A DNA stretch of 62,875 nt from an uncultured Bacteroidales bacterium (GTDB lineage Bacteria > Bacteroidota > Bacteroidia > Bacteroidales > ML635J-15), in NCBI GenBank assembly GCA_964527535.1, contig CAZGPW010000206.1:1-62875 (forward strand), in the 5' to 3' direction. The translations under genes were made by a program, and so were the position numbers. Positions 51,691-61,412 of the stretch are shown here, piece after piece. The notes below the pieces were generated by a model. It saw only the letters and a list, made by a program, of their open reading frames with translations. It made no database searches and was not told the DNA's origin. Each line of letters opens with the position of its first letter. The first letter of the stretch is position 1.

Positions 51691-53031
51691 ATGAAACGAT
51701 TAGTTGAAACAATCAGAAATATTTGGCGTATTGAGGACTTGCGTAAACGGATCCTTACAACTTTGGGTCTTATCTTGATCTACAGACTCGGTAGTCATGT
51801 CGTTTTACCAGGTGTTGATCCCAATATGCTGGCAGGCCTTCAACAACAAACATCCAAAGGGGTGCTCGGCTTGCTTGATATGTTCTCAGGCGGTGCTTTT
51901 TCAAGAGCTTCTGTGTTTGGGTTGGGGATTATGCCTTATATTTCGGCTTCAATTGTTGTTCAACTTCTTGGCATTGCAGTGCCTTATTTTCAACGACTGC
52001 AGCGGGAAGGCGAAAGCGGCAGAAAACGGATAAACCAGATAACAAGATACCTTACCGTTGGTATTTTACTGCTCCAGGCACCTTCTTATATTGCTAATCT
52101 ACATTCACAGTTGCCGCCCGAAGCGTTTGCCATCAGGGGGCCTTTGTTTACCATCAGTTCTGTTATTATTCTTACTGCCGGCACCATGTTCGTTATGTGG
52201 CTTGGCGAACGCATTACCGATAAAGGCATAGGTAACGGTATCTCACTGATCATCATGATTGGTATTATTGCCCGAATGCCATTGTCTTTTGCCCAGGAAG
52301 TCGTGTCACGTTTTACAGCACAAGCAGGAGGCCTTATCATGTTGCTCGTGGAAATTGTAATCCTATTCGTGATCTTTATGCTTACCATTGCACTTGTGCA
52401 AGCCGTTCGCAGGATTCCTGTACAATACGCAAAACGCGTTGTCGGCAACAGGCAATACGGTGGCGTTAGGCAATATATCCCGCTTAAAGTAAATTCAGCA
52501 GGGGTAATGCCCATCATTTTTGCCCAGGCATTGATGTTTGTGCCCATTATGATATCCGGATTTAGCGATTCTGATGCCATGAGCCGATTTGGGGCAGCAT
52601 TTGCCGATTATACCGGATTCTGGTATAACGCTGTGTTTGCAATAATGATTATTTTATTTACCTACTTCTATACGGCTGTTACTGTGAATCCGCAGCAAAT
52701 GGCTGAAGATATGAAGAAAAACGGCGGCTTTATACCTGGTGTGAAACCTGGTAAGAAAACCGTTGAATTTATTGATACTATAATGTCACGTATTACATTG
52801 CCCGGATCAATATTCCTGGCAGTAGTGGCTATAATGCCTGCATTTGCAATCCTGGCAGGAGTAAACAATCAGTTTGCCCAATTTTATGGGGGAACTTCTT
52901 TGCTTATCCTTGTCGGTGTTGTGCTTGATACATTGCAACAAATCGAGTCACACCTGATGATGAGACATTATGACGGATTGACAAAATCAGGCAGAATTAA
53001 AGGCAGGGGCCAAACAGCTTCAGCCTTGTAA
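51691..53031 (+). CDS. secY: preprotein translocase subunit SecY
   Basis: 446-aa polytopic protein. 'LGIMPYISASIVVQLL', position after rplO. Confidence 0.96.
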   Translation: MKRLVETIRNIWRIEDLRKRILTTLGLILIYRLGSHVVLPGVDPNMLAGLQQQTSKGVLGLLDMFSGGAFSRASVFGLGIMPYISASIVVQLLGIAVPYFQRLQREGESGRKRINQITRYLTVGILLLQAPSYIANLHSQLPPEAFAIRGPLFTISSVIILTAGTMFVMWLGERITDKGIGNGISLIIMIGIIARMPLSFAQEVVSRFTAQAGGLIMLLVEIVILFVIFMLTIALVQAVRRIPVQYAKRVVGNRQYGGVRQYIPLKVNSAGVMPIIFAQALMFVPIMISGFSDSDAMSRFGAAFADYTGFWYNAVFAIMIILFTYFYTAVTVNPQQMAEDMKKNGGFIPGVKPGKKTVEFIDTIMSRITLPGSIFLAVVAIMPAFAILAGVNNQFAQFYGGTSLLILVGVVLDTLQQIESHLMMRHYDGLTKSGRIKGRGQTASAL

Positions 53032-53041
53032 ATGTTCTTTG

Positions 53042-53830
53042 ATGATATATTTAAAAACAGAGGAAGAAATTGAAATGATGCGGGAAAGTAACCGGATAGT
53101 GTCTATGACACATGCCGAAATTGCTCGGGTCATTAAGCCCGGAATGACTACCATCGCCATTGATAAACTTGCTGATGAGTTTATCAGGGATATGGGAGCT
53201 GTACCAGGCTTTTTGAACTATTCCGGCTTCCCGAATTCAGTTTGTATCTCTGTTAACGATGTGGTTGTTCATGGAATCCCGGATGATACAGCACTTGAAG
53301 ACGGAGATATCGTCTCCATTGATATTGGCGCCGTAAAAAATGGATTCAATGGTGACTCATGTTTTACTTTCGAAGTTGGAACGGTTTCTGATCAAGTGAA
53401 ACATCTATTGAGAATAACCAGAGAATCCTTGTATAAAGGGATCGAAATGGCTGTCAACGGAAACCGCATTGGTGATATCGCACACGCTATACAACAACAT
53501 GCCGAAAATAACGGGTATGGAGTTGTCAGGGAATTGGTTGGCCATGGAATTGGCAAAAACCTGCACGAAGAACCCGAAGTCCCAAATTTTGGACGTAAAG
53601 GAACAGGACATAAATTGCAGCGTGGAATGTGTATTGCCATCGAACCCATGATCACCATGGGAAAACGGTTTATCCGGCAGGAAAAGGATGGCTGGACCAT
53701 TCGGACAACAGACCATAAACCAGCTGCTCATTTTGAGCATACCGTGGCAATCACTAAAGGAAAAGCTGATATCCTGTCGGATTTCAGTATTATTGATAAA
53801 GCAGTTGAACAAAATAAATTAAATAAATAA
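53042..53830 (+). CDS. map: type I methionine aminopeptidase
   Basis: 'VVHGIP...GDIVSIDIG...GHGIG...FAIEPM'-type metal ligands. Second ATG preferred. Confidence 0.94.
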   Translation: MIYLKTEEEIEMMRESNRIVSMTHAEIARVIKPGMTTIAIDKLADEFIRDMGAVPGFLNYSGFPNSVCISVNDVVVHGIPDDTALEDGDIVSIDIGAVKNGFNGDSCFTFEVGTVSDQVKHLLRITRESLYKGIEMAVNGNRIGDIAHAIQQHAENNGYGVVRELVGHGIGKNLHEEPEVPNFGRKGTGHKLQRGMCIAIEPMITMGKRFIRQEKDGWTIRTTDHKPAAHFEHTVAITKGKADILSDFSIIDKAVEQNKLNK

Positions 53831-53833
53831 ATT

Positions 53834-54052
53834 ATGGCGAAACAACCTTCGATTGAACAAGATGGAACAATACTTGAAGCATTGTCAAACGCTATGTTCA
53901 GAGTAGAACTTGAAAACGGACATGTGATAACAGCTCATATCTCCGGCAAAATGAGAATGCATTACATCAAAATTTTGCCCGGTGACAGAGTGAAAGTTGA
54001 AATGTCTCCGTATGATTTAACCAAAGGAAGAATTACGTTTCGTTATAAATAA
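53834..54052 (+). CDS. infA: translation initiation factor IF-1
   Basis: 72 aa. '[31 protein letters not shown]'. Confidence 0.96.
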   Translation: MAKQPSIEQDGTILEALSNAMFRVELENGHVITAHISGKMRMHYIKILPGDRVKVEMSPYDLTKGRITFRYK

Positions 54053-54081
54053 ATAAACAAATAAAATGGAAGGAATACGAT

Positions 54082-54198
54082 ATGAAAGTTAGAGCATCCG
54101 TTAAAAAAAGATCCGCTAATTGTAAAATCGTCAGGCGCAAAGGAAGGGTGTACCTTATTAATAAGAAAAACCCTAAATTTAAAATGCGTCAGGGGTAA
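54082..54198 (+). CDS. rpmJ: 50S ribosomal protein L36
   Basis: Not in the ORF track (38 aa). Hand translation [38 protein letters not shown]. Canonical position between infA and rpsM. Confidence 0.9.
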   Translation: MKVRASVKKRSANCKIVRRKGRVYLINKKNPKFKMRQG

Positions 54199-54240
54199 TG
54201 ATTAAAATGATTGTGAATTAATAAAAACAAATAATACATT

Positions 54241-54612
54241 ATGGCAAGAATCGCTGGTGTTGATGTACCAAACAACAAGAGAGGAGAAATCGCTCTCACT
54301 TATATTTACGGAATTGGGAAAAGCCGGGCCAAAGAAATCTTAACAAAAGCCGACGTGGACCCGAATATTAAATCCAATGACTGGACTGACGATCAATTGG
54401 CAGCCCTCAGGAATGTGATGGAAGACTACATTGTCGAAGGAGAACTCAGATCACGCGTTCAGATGGATATCAAACGCCTTATGGACATTGGAGCATACAG
54501 GGGTATTCGTCATCGTACAGGCTTACCCCTGAGAGGGCAAAATACTAAAAACAATGCCCGCACACGTCGTGGTAAAAAGAAAACCATCGCAGGTAAAAAG
54601 AAAGCTATTTAA
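54241..54612 (+). CDS. rpsM: 30S ribosomal protein S13
   Basis: '[14 protein letters not shown]...[15 protein letters not shown]'. Confidence 0.96.
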   Translation: MARIAGVDVPNNKRGEIALTYIYGIGKSRAKEILTKADVDPNIKSNDWTDDQLAALRNVMEDYIVEGELRSRVQMDIKRLMDIGAYRGIRHRTGLPLRGQNTKNNARTRRGKKKTIAGKKKAI

Positions 54613-54627
54613 TACATTTTTAATGAT

Positions 54628-55020
54628 ATGGCAAAAAAGAAAACAAAAGTTACAAGAAAACGTATTGTCAGAGTGGATACAATGGGGCAAGCTCATATTC
54701 ATTCGTCGTTTAACAATATTATCATTAGCCTCACCAACAGTGATGGACAGGTTATAAGCTGGTCTTCATCTGGAAAAAGAGGCTTCAGAGGAAGTAAGAA
54801 AAACACACCTTATGCTGCCCAGGTGGCTGCTGAAGAATGTGCAAAAGTGGCTTACGATGCTGGCATGAGAAAAGCAAAGGCTTATGTCAAAGGCCCCGGT
54901 TCCGGACGCGAATCTGCTATGAGAGCTATTCATAATACTGGAATCCAAATTACCGAGATTATTGATGTGACACCATTGCCCCACAATGGTTGCAGACCAT
55001 CAAAAAGAAGAAGAGTTTAA
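54628..55020 (+). CDS. rpsK: 30S ribosomal protein S11
   Basis: '[18 protein letters not shown]...[12 protein letters not shown]'. Confidence 0.96.
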   Translation: MAKKKTKVTRKRIVRVDTMGQAHIHSSFNNIIISLTNSDGQVISWSSSGKRGFRGSKKNTPYAAQVAAEECAKVAYDAGMRKAKAYVKGPGSGRESAMRAIHNTGIQITEIIDVTPLPHNGCRPSKRRRV

Positions 55021-55039
55021 TAATTTAATTGATTGATTC

Positions 55040-55648
55040 ATGGCTAGATACAGAGGACCAAGAACAAAAATTGCCAGAAAAATTGGTGAACCCATTTACG
55101 GACCGGATAAATACTTTGAAAAAAAGAATTATCCACCCGGACAACATGGTAATAACAGAAGAAGACGTAAAGTTTCAGAGTACGGCACGCAACTTAAAGA
55201 GAAACAAAAAGCCAAATATACCTATGGTGTGTTGGAAAGACAGTTTTTAAATATTTACAAAAAAGCCAATAGCGCCAAAGGTGTTACTGGTACTGTTTTG
55301 CTTCAGTTACTCGAATCAAGGCTCGATAATGTGGTTTTCAGACTGGGCATTGCACCAACAAGACAGGCTGCAAGACAACTCGTTACACACAGGCATATTG
55401 TGGTTAACGGAAACGTACTGAACATCCCTTCAGCACGCGTCAGAGCAGGTGATATTGTGGGTGTGCGTGAGCGTTCCAAAGCACTGGATGTCATCACCGA
55501 ATCACTCCAGTCTGCTAACCATGGAAAATTTTCATGGCTGGAATGGGACCAAGACCAAATGGCCGGCAAATTTTTAAATTTGCCCCAACGGGAAGAAATA
55601 CCCGAAAATATTGAAGAACAGTTAATTGTTGAATTATATTCTAAATAA
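55040..55648 (+). CDS. rpsD: 30S ribosomal protein S4
   Basis: '[14 protein letters not shown]...[10 protein letters not shown]'. Confidence 0.96.
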   Translation: MARYRGPRTKIARKIGEPIYGPDKYFEKKNYPPGQHGNNRRRRKVSEYGTQLKEKQKAKYTYGVLERQFLNIYKKANSAKGVTGTVLLQLLESRLDNVVFRLGIAPTRQAARQLVTHRHIVVNGNVLNIPSARVRAGDIVGVRERSKALDVITESLQSANHGKFSWLEWDQDQMAGKFLNLPQREEIPENIEEQLIVELYSK

Positions 55649-55665
55649 TCCATAACCCTATATTT

Positions 55666-56661
55666 ATGGCTATTATACCTTTTCAGAAACCGGATAAAGT
55701 CGTCATGCTTGAAGCTGACGGTTATACAGGAAAATTTGAGTTTAAACCACTTGAACCCGGATATGGCATTACCATTGGAAATGCCTTAAGGCGAATTCTC
55801 TTGTCCTCGCTCGAAGGATTTGCTATCACCAATATAAAAATTGATGGCGTTGATCATGAATTTTCAACCATCAAAGGAATAATCGAAGACGTTACAGAGA
55901 TTATCCTGCAACTTAAGCAAGTGAGGTTCAAACAGCAAATTGATGATTTCGACGGGGAAAAAATTACCGTTAACGTTTCAGGGCAAAATGTCTTTAAAGC
56001 TGGCGATATTGGTAAATTTCTTACCGGATTCAAAATCCTGAATCCCGATCTCGAAATCTGTCATATGGAACCTGATGTAGCCTTAAAAATGGATATTACC
56101 GTAAGCAAAGGCAGAGGATATGTACCCCCGGAAATGAACACACCGGAAGAGGATGAAGAAATTGGCATTATCCCCATTGGTTCTGTATTTACACCTATCC
56201 GTAATGTACAATATACCATCGATAACATGAGGATAGAACAAAAAACGGATTTTGAAAAACTGATCCTGGAAATTGAAACCGATGGATCTGTGGAACCAAA
56301 AGAAGCTCTCAAAGAAGCTGCTAAAATTCTGATCCAGCATTTCATGCTCTTTAGCGATGAAAAAATTACCCTGGATGAAGATGAAAGCCCCGGGAATGAA
56401 GAATTTGATGAAGAAGTGTTGCACATGAGGCAATTGCTCAAAACCAAACTCGTTGATCTGGACCTCTCTGTCAGAGCACTCAACTGCCTCAAAGCAGCCG
56501 ATGTTGAAACCCTCGGAGATTTGGTTCAATACAATAAAACCGATCTTTTGAAATTTAGAAATTTCGGTAAAAAATCACTGAATGAACTCGAAGACCTGTT
56601 GGATAACCTCAATCTGGATTTTGGTCTTGATACATCGAAATATAAGTTGGACAAGGAATAA
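55666..56661 (+). CDS. rpoA: DNA-directed RNA polymerase subunit alpha
   Basis: '[17 protein letters not shown]'. C-terminal '[20 protein letters not shown]'. Confidence 0.96.
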   Translation: MAIIPFQKPDKVVMLEADGYTGKFEFKPLEPGYGITIGNALRRILLSSLEGFAITNIKIDGVDHEFSTIKGIIEDVTEIILQLKQVRFKQQIDDFDGEKITVNVSGQNVFKAGDIGKFLTGFKILNPDLEICHMEPDVALKMDITVSKGRGYVPPEMNTPEEDEEIGIIPIGSVFTPIRNVQYTIDNMRIEQKTDFEKLILEIETDGSVEPKEALKEAAKILIQHFMLFSDEKITLDEDESPGNEEFDEEVLHMRQLLKTKLVDLDLSVRALNCLKAADVETLGDLVQYNKTDLLKFRNFGKKSLNELEDLLDNLNLDFGLDTSKYKLDKE

Positions 56662-56672
56662 ATTGATTTGTG

Positions 56673-57500
56673 ATGAGACATAGAAAGTCATTTAACCATT
56701 TGGGAAGAACCCCTGCACATCGTAAAGCCATGTTAAGCAATATGGCTGCATCGCTTATAATACATAAACGTATTAATACAACATCAGCTAAAGCCAAGGC
56801 ACTGAAAAAGTATGTGGAACCATTGATTACAAAGGCAAAGGAAGACAATACTCATAACAGAAGAATGGTATTTAAGAAATTACAGGACAAAGATGCGGTG
56901 TCTGAACTTTTCCGGAATATCGTTGTGAAAATTGGAGAGCGTCCGGGTGGATACACACGTATCCTGAAAACTGTAAATCGACTTGGCGATAACGCAGAAA
57001 TGTGCATCATTGAACTCGTTGATTACAACGAAAATATGCTGGCCGCCAAAGAAGAAGAAACATCCAAAAAGAAACGCAGCAGGCGTGGTGGAAGACGCGG
57101 AGGCTCTAAGAAAAAAGCGGAGCAAACGGATAAACAAACCGAAAGTGCCGCCAAAGAACAACAGCAAGAAAAAGCGGCGGAAGAAAAACCCCCGGCTAAA
57201 GCTGAAACGGATACTGAAGCTAAACAGGGTGCTGAAAAGGAGAAAGAACAAAAGCCTGAAAAACCCGAAACCGGTAAAGAAGCTAAGGCTGACACCGAAG
57301 ATGCTAAAAAGCCCAAAGAAAAGAAAACTGAAGAAGCTGATTCCCATAAAAGTGAGCCCCAGGCTAAAGAAAAACCCGCTGAGGAGAAAAAAGAAACAGC
57401 CAAACCTGAGGCCAAAACAAAAAAAGAAGATTCAGCTGACAATAAACAAAAAGATACCCCAAAAGACAAAAAGGACGATAAAAAAAACAGCGAATCCTAA
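56673..57500 (+). CDS. rplQ: 50S ribosomal protein L17 with about 150-aa Lys/Glu-rich C-terminal extension
   Basis: '[21 protein letters not shown]' core, then a low-complexity KEAPT tail from about 57051. Confidence 0.93.
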   Translation: MRHRKSFNHLGRTPAHRKAMLSNMAASLIIHKRINTTSAKAKALKKYVEPLITKAKEDNTHNRRMVFKKLQDKDAVSELFRNIVVKIGERPGGYTRILKTVNRLGDNAEMCIIELVDYNENMLAAKEEETSKKKRSRRGGRRGGSKKKAEQTDKQTESAAKEQQQEKAAEEKPPAKAETDTEAKQGAEKEKEQKPEKPETGKEAKADTEDAKKPKEKKTEEADSHKSEPQAKEKPAEEKKETAKPEAKTKKEDSADNKQKDTPKDKKDDKKNSES

Positions 57501-57524
57501 CCTCCTCCTGTCCAGGATCGCTGC

Positions 57525-57590
57525 AAAAACCTTGTTGTTTTATGCCTCCCTGTGACGGATAAGATAATGAGGTTTTTTGTTTTTATATCT
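57525..57590 (+). terminator. possible intrinsic terminator after rplQ
   Basis: aaaaacct (57525-57532) pairs with aggttttt (57570-57577), followed by a T-run 'tttttgttttt'. The stem is A/U-rich with a long loop, so this is weak. Confidence 0.25.
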
Positions 57591-57700
57591 GAACATTATA
57601 AACCCTTTGTTTGTTGCTAATAATAAACATATACGGGATATTCTAAGGGAATAATCCCCGATTTTATCGAATGTTGTATTCAGATGATATTTTTTTATAA

Positions 57701-59020
<1,320 letters not shown>

Positions 59021-59046
59021 AATATAACGGATTAATTAACTTCCTT

Positions 59047-59344
59047 TTTTTATTTGGGCAGCGGAATCAGGTGTGCCTTTATTTTACATTATCTCCGCCT
59101 ACGCCTGCTACCACCTACCGTTGATGCCTGTTTTTGCAACACTGCAGAACAGGAGTTTCGCCTGTCACTCTGCCTGCAGTGCAAAAACACAGCCATCACC
59201 GGCAGCAGGGTATCCGTCTCCGGCGGGCTGCAGAAAGTGACATGCCACCTGCTGAACCACCTGTCAGGCGATGTAGTGCGATGTGTTGAGCGGTGTCGAA
59301 ACAAGCGCTGCCGAACTATCAGCCATCATTACCTTTCGAAGTTG
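59047..59344. repeat. GC-rich hairpin-dense non-coding segment
   Basis: Extended hairpin 59130-59188. The word gcgatgtgttgagcggtgtcgaa (59278-59300) is shared with the 26.4-kb locus. Confidence 0.65.
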
Positions 59345-59704
59345 TTGCAGCAAAAACCCCGTCCTTTAGGCGGGGTGGTTCAAAGCAACAGTATTGCAGC
59401 AGTGTTTTTACCCCGCCAGCCAATTGCCACCAACGGTGGTTTGACGAACTCTAAGCGATGCCGATGCTATTATAACAGGTGAGCAGCTTGTACAGGCTGA
59501 AGGCCTGCGATACCAAAGCTTGGGGCAACGCCCCAAGTGATACAAGACCCAGCCGTAAGCAGGCTGAAGGCCTGCGATAATCACCTGACCACGAAGTGGT
59601 CAAACATGAATAACCACGGGTACAACCCGTGGTGTGACACCACCCCACACCGTAACTTTTGGCATGTGTTTTTGCTTTTCTGCAAAAACCATGACAAAAG
59701 CGGC
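59345..59704. repeat. hairpin-chain repeat, copy 1 (arms 59345-59450 and 59587-59704, split by a 136-nt insert)
   Basis: Aligns in the same orientation with 61103-61327. Stems: ccacc/ggtgg, gaccac/gtggtc, ccacggg/cccgtgg (59614-59632), gtttttgc/gcaaaaac (59668-59689). Confidence 0.8.
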
Positions 59705-59757
59705 ATATTACTGCACTAGTATAGGCGGCTGGAGGATTTGACGATTCTCTAAAATAA

Positions 59758-60893
59758 CTACTTGATTTTAAAATAAAAATGCCTTAACCAATAGTGATAC
59801 ATTGGGTCTAGAATCGTAATTGAATTATCAAACAAATCTACAATTTCTTTATTTTCGAGACTGGATTTAATTCTGGAAACATTTGCAGACGTGCCAAGAT
59901 TATAGGTATCAATAACATCTTTTGAGCTTAAATGTGTTTCCCCGGAAATTAAAGCTTTTAAAAAGTTGACCTGTGTATTACTTAAACCATCGGTGAGTTT
60001 TTGAAACAAATAATCTAATTGCAATATCAAGCTCTCGTGTGCATTTAATACAATTTCTTTGGTGCATTCAATAGACGTTCTTAACCAAACAAGTTGAGCC
60101 AATTGTTGCACATAATAAGGATGACATTCAGCCATGTCAATAATCATTTCAGCAAGATTTTTGTCAATCTTTTTCCCTGTATCTTTAAATCGCTTAATAA
60201 CAAACTTTCGAAGTGCAGTTTTTTCAATTTTTTGTAAAAACAAAATATCCCCAAATTTATAAAACGGCATTGATGATGACGTAAATACATGCATTAACAT
60301 GTGCCGTTTACTACCGTATAAGCAGTACGTTACGTTTTTATGCTTCTGCCAGTTAGCCCTGAGCTTTTTCTGTATAGCCAGCGAATCCCCAAAACTGGAG
60401 ATATTCTGAAACTCATCAATACAGATTACAAACCTGAAGTTCTTTTCTTTTGCGATGTTTTCTGCTAAATTCAGAATTTCATCGGGATTCTTCTTAACTT
60501 CATTCCAGTTAAAACTAATGCTGAACTCATTGTTTGATTCGGGACTAAATGATAAATTGGGAACCAATCTACCCAGAAATTTACCTGCTTTTTCGATGAT
60601 CTCTTCAACTTTTGTATTCGATTGTAGCAATACATTTTTTGCCAGTAAAATATAGAACTCCTCTTCTGTGCGGACATTAAATAAATCAATGAAAACAAAC
60701 CTCAGTTGTTTGTCTTTCTTTTTGGATAGTTTAGCAGATTTTACAACCAACGATGATTTTCCCCAGCGTCTTGGAGAAATTAAAATGGTATTTATTCCTG
60801 AGGTAAATTTGTAGTTAGCCTTAATGATTCATTTTCCCTGTTTGTGAAATTTGAATCGTAAGCAATTTTTCCAAATGTAAATGGCGTTGTCAT
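59758..60893 (-). pseudogene. AAA ATPase (archaeal-ATPase/PF01637-like) with interrupted reading frame
   Basis: ATG at 60893 gives MTTPFTFGKIAYDSNFTNRENESLRLTTNLPQE*, with the stop at 60792-60794. The -1 frame continues ...TSGINTILISPRRWGKSSLVVKSAKL... (Walker A) into tracked ORF 59758-60750, whose 'M' is really a TTG Leu. Confidence 0.75.
60804..60810 (-). other. A_AAT_TTA heptamer at the frame break of the ATPase gene
   Basis: In the zero frame the mRNA reads ac[A AAT TTA] cct cag gaa taa, which fits the X_XXY_YYZ pattern. A -1 slip joins directly to the Walker-A frame. Confidence 0.3.
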
Positions 60894-60908
60894 GATTAAA
60901 GATTTGTG

Positions 60909-60916
60909 CAAATATA
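60909..60916 (-). promoter_or_regulatory. possible -7 promoter box (TATATTTG) for the ATPase gene
   Basis: Exact TAnnTTTG match on the minus strand, 16 nt upstream of the ATG at 60893. Confidence 0.3.
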
Positions 60917-61102
60917 CAAACAATTAAGTAACTAACCTAAATATAACTAACTTTTTTGTAACATACATAAAGGTTAGTTGTATTGTGCATGGATTATAAA
61001 TCGGTAGCTTTAAGATACTGCCTGGCAAGCTCTGTTGTAGCTTTATCATTCAACCTGTTTCGAATAAACTCAACACACCGCTTTCAGGGATGTGGAGGAC
61101 GC

Positions 61103-61327
61103 TTGCAGCAAAAACCCCGTCCTTTAGGGCAGTGTGGTTAAAAGCAACAGCATTCAAAAGGGCTTTAGCCCCGCCAGCCAATTGCCACCAACGGTGGTTT
61201 GACAAACTGACCACGAAGTGGTCAAACATGAATAACCACGGGTGAAACCCGTGGTGTGACAAACACCCACCCCGGTAGCTTTTGCCATGTGTTTTTGCTT
61301 TTTTGCAAAAACCATGACAAAAGCGGC
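61103..61327. repeat. hairpin-chain repeat, copy 2 (uninterrupted, about 225 nt)
   Basis: Same-orientation match to 59345-59450 plus 59587-59704. Hairpins at 61209-61223, 61236-61254 and 61291-61312. Confidence 0.8.
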
Positions 61328-61412
61328 TTTCAATGTAAATAACATGAAAAAACTTTTTTAGTTCTAATTATAATTAGTAAATTAGCAAAATAATACAAAC
61401 CATGCTTTGAAT

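Noticed and set aside
56880-57555. Alternative-frame and antisense ORFs across the L17 tail (56880-57347, 56983-57555, 57023-57469)
   Set aside because: The low-complexity purine-rich DNA keeps several frames open. The in-frame continuation of rplQ is the parsimonious reading.
59054-59648. Tracked ORFs 59054-59482 (+), 59089-59304 (-) and 59451-59648 (-)
   Set aside because: They overlap one another on both strands inside the hairpin-dense block. They are Cys/Arg/Gly-rich with no recognisable motifs, so they are artefacts of GC-rich palindromic DNA lacking stop codons.
59345-61327. Integron cassette (attC sites) or IS/transposon
   Set aside because: No integrase or transposase gene is present, and no clear terminal inverted repeats beyond an 8-nt word. 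The repeats are direct and far longer and more modular than typical attC sites. The observation is kept as an unexplained repeat-bracketed gene instead.
61050-61345. Tracked minus-strand ORFs 61050-61262 and 61154-61345
   Set aside because: Both overlap repeat copy 2 and mirror the spurious ORFs in copy 1 ('CHTTG.TRGYSCLTTSW' is just the translated hairpin chain).
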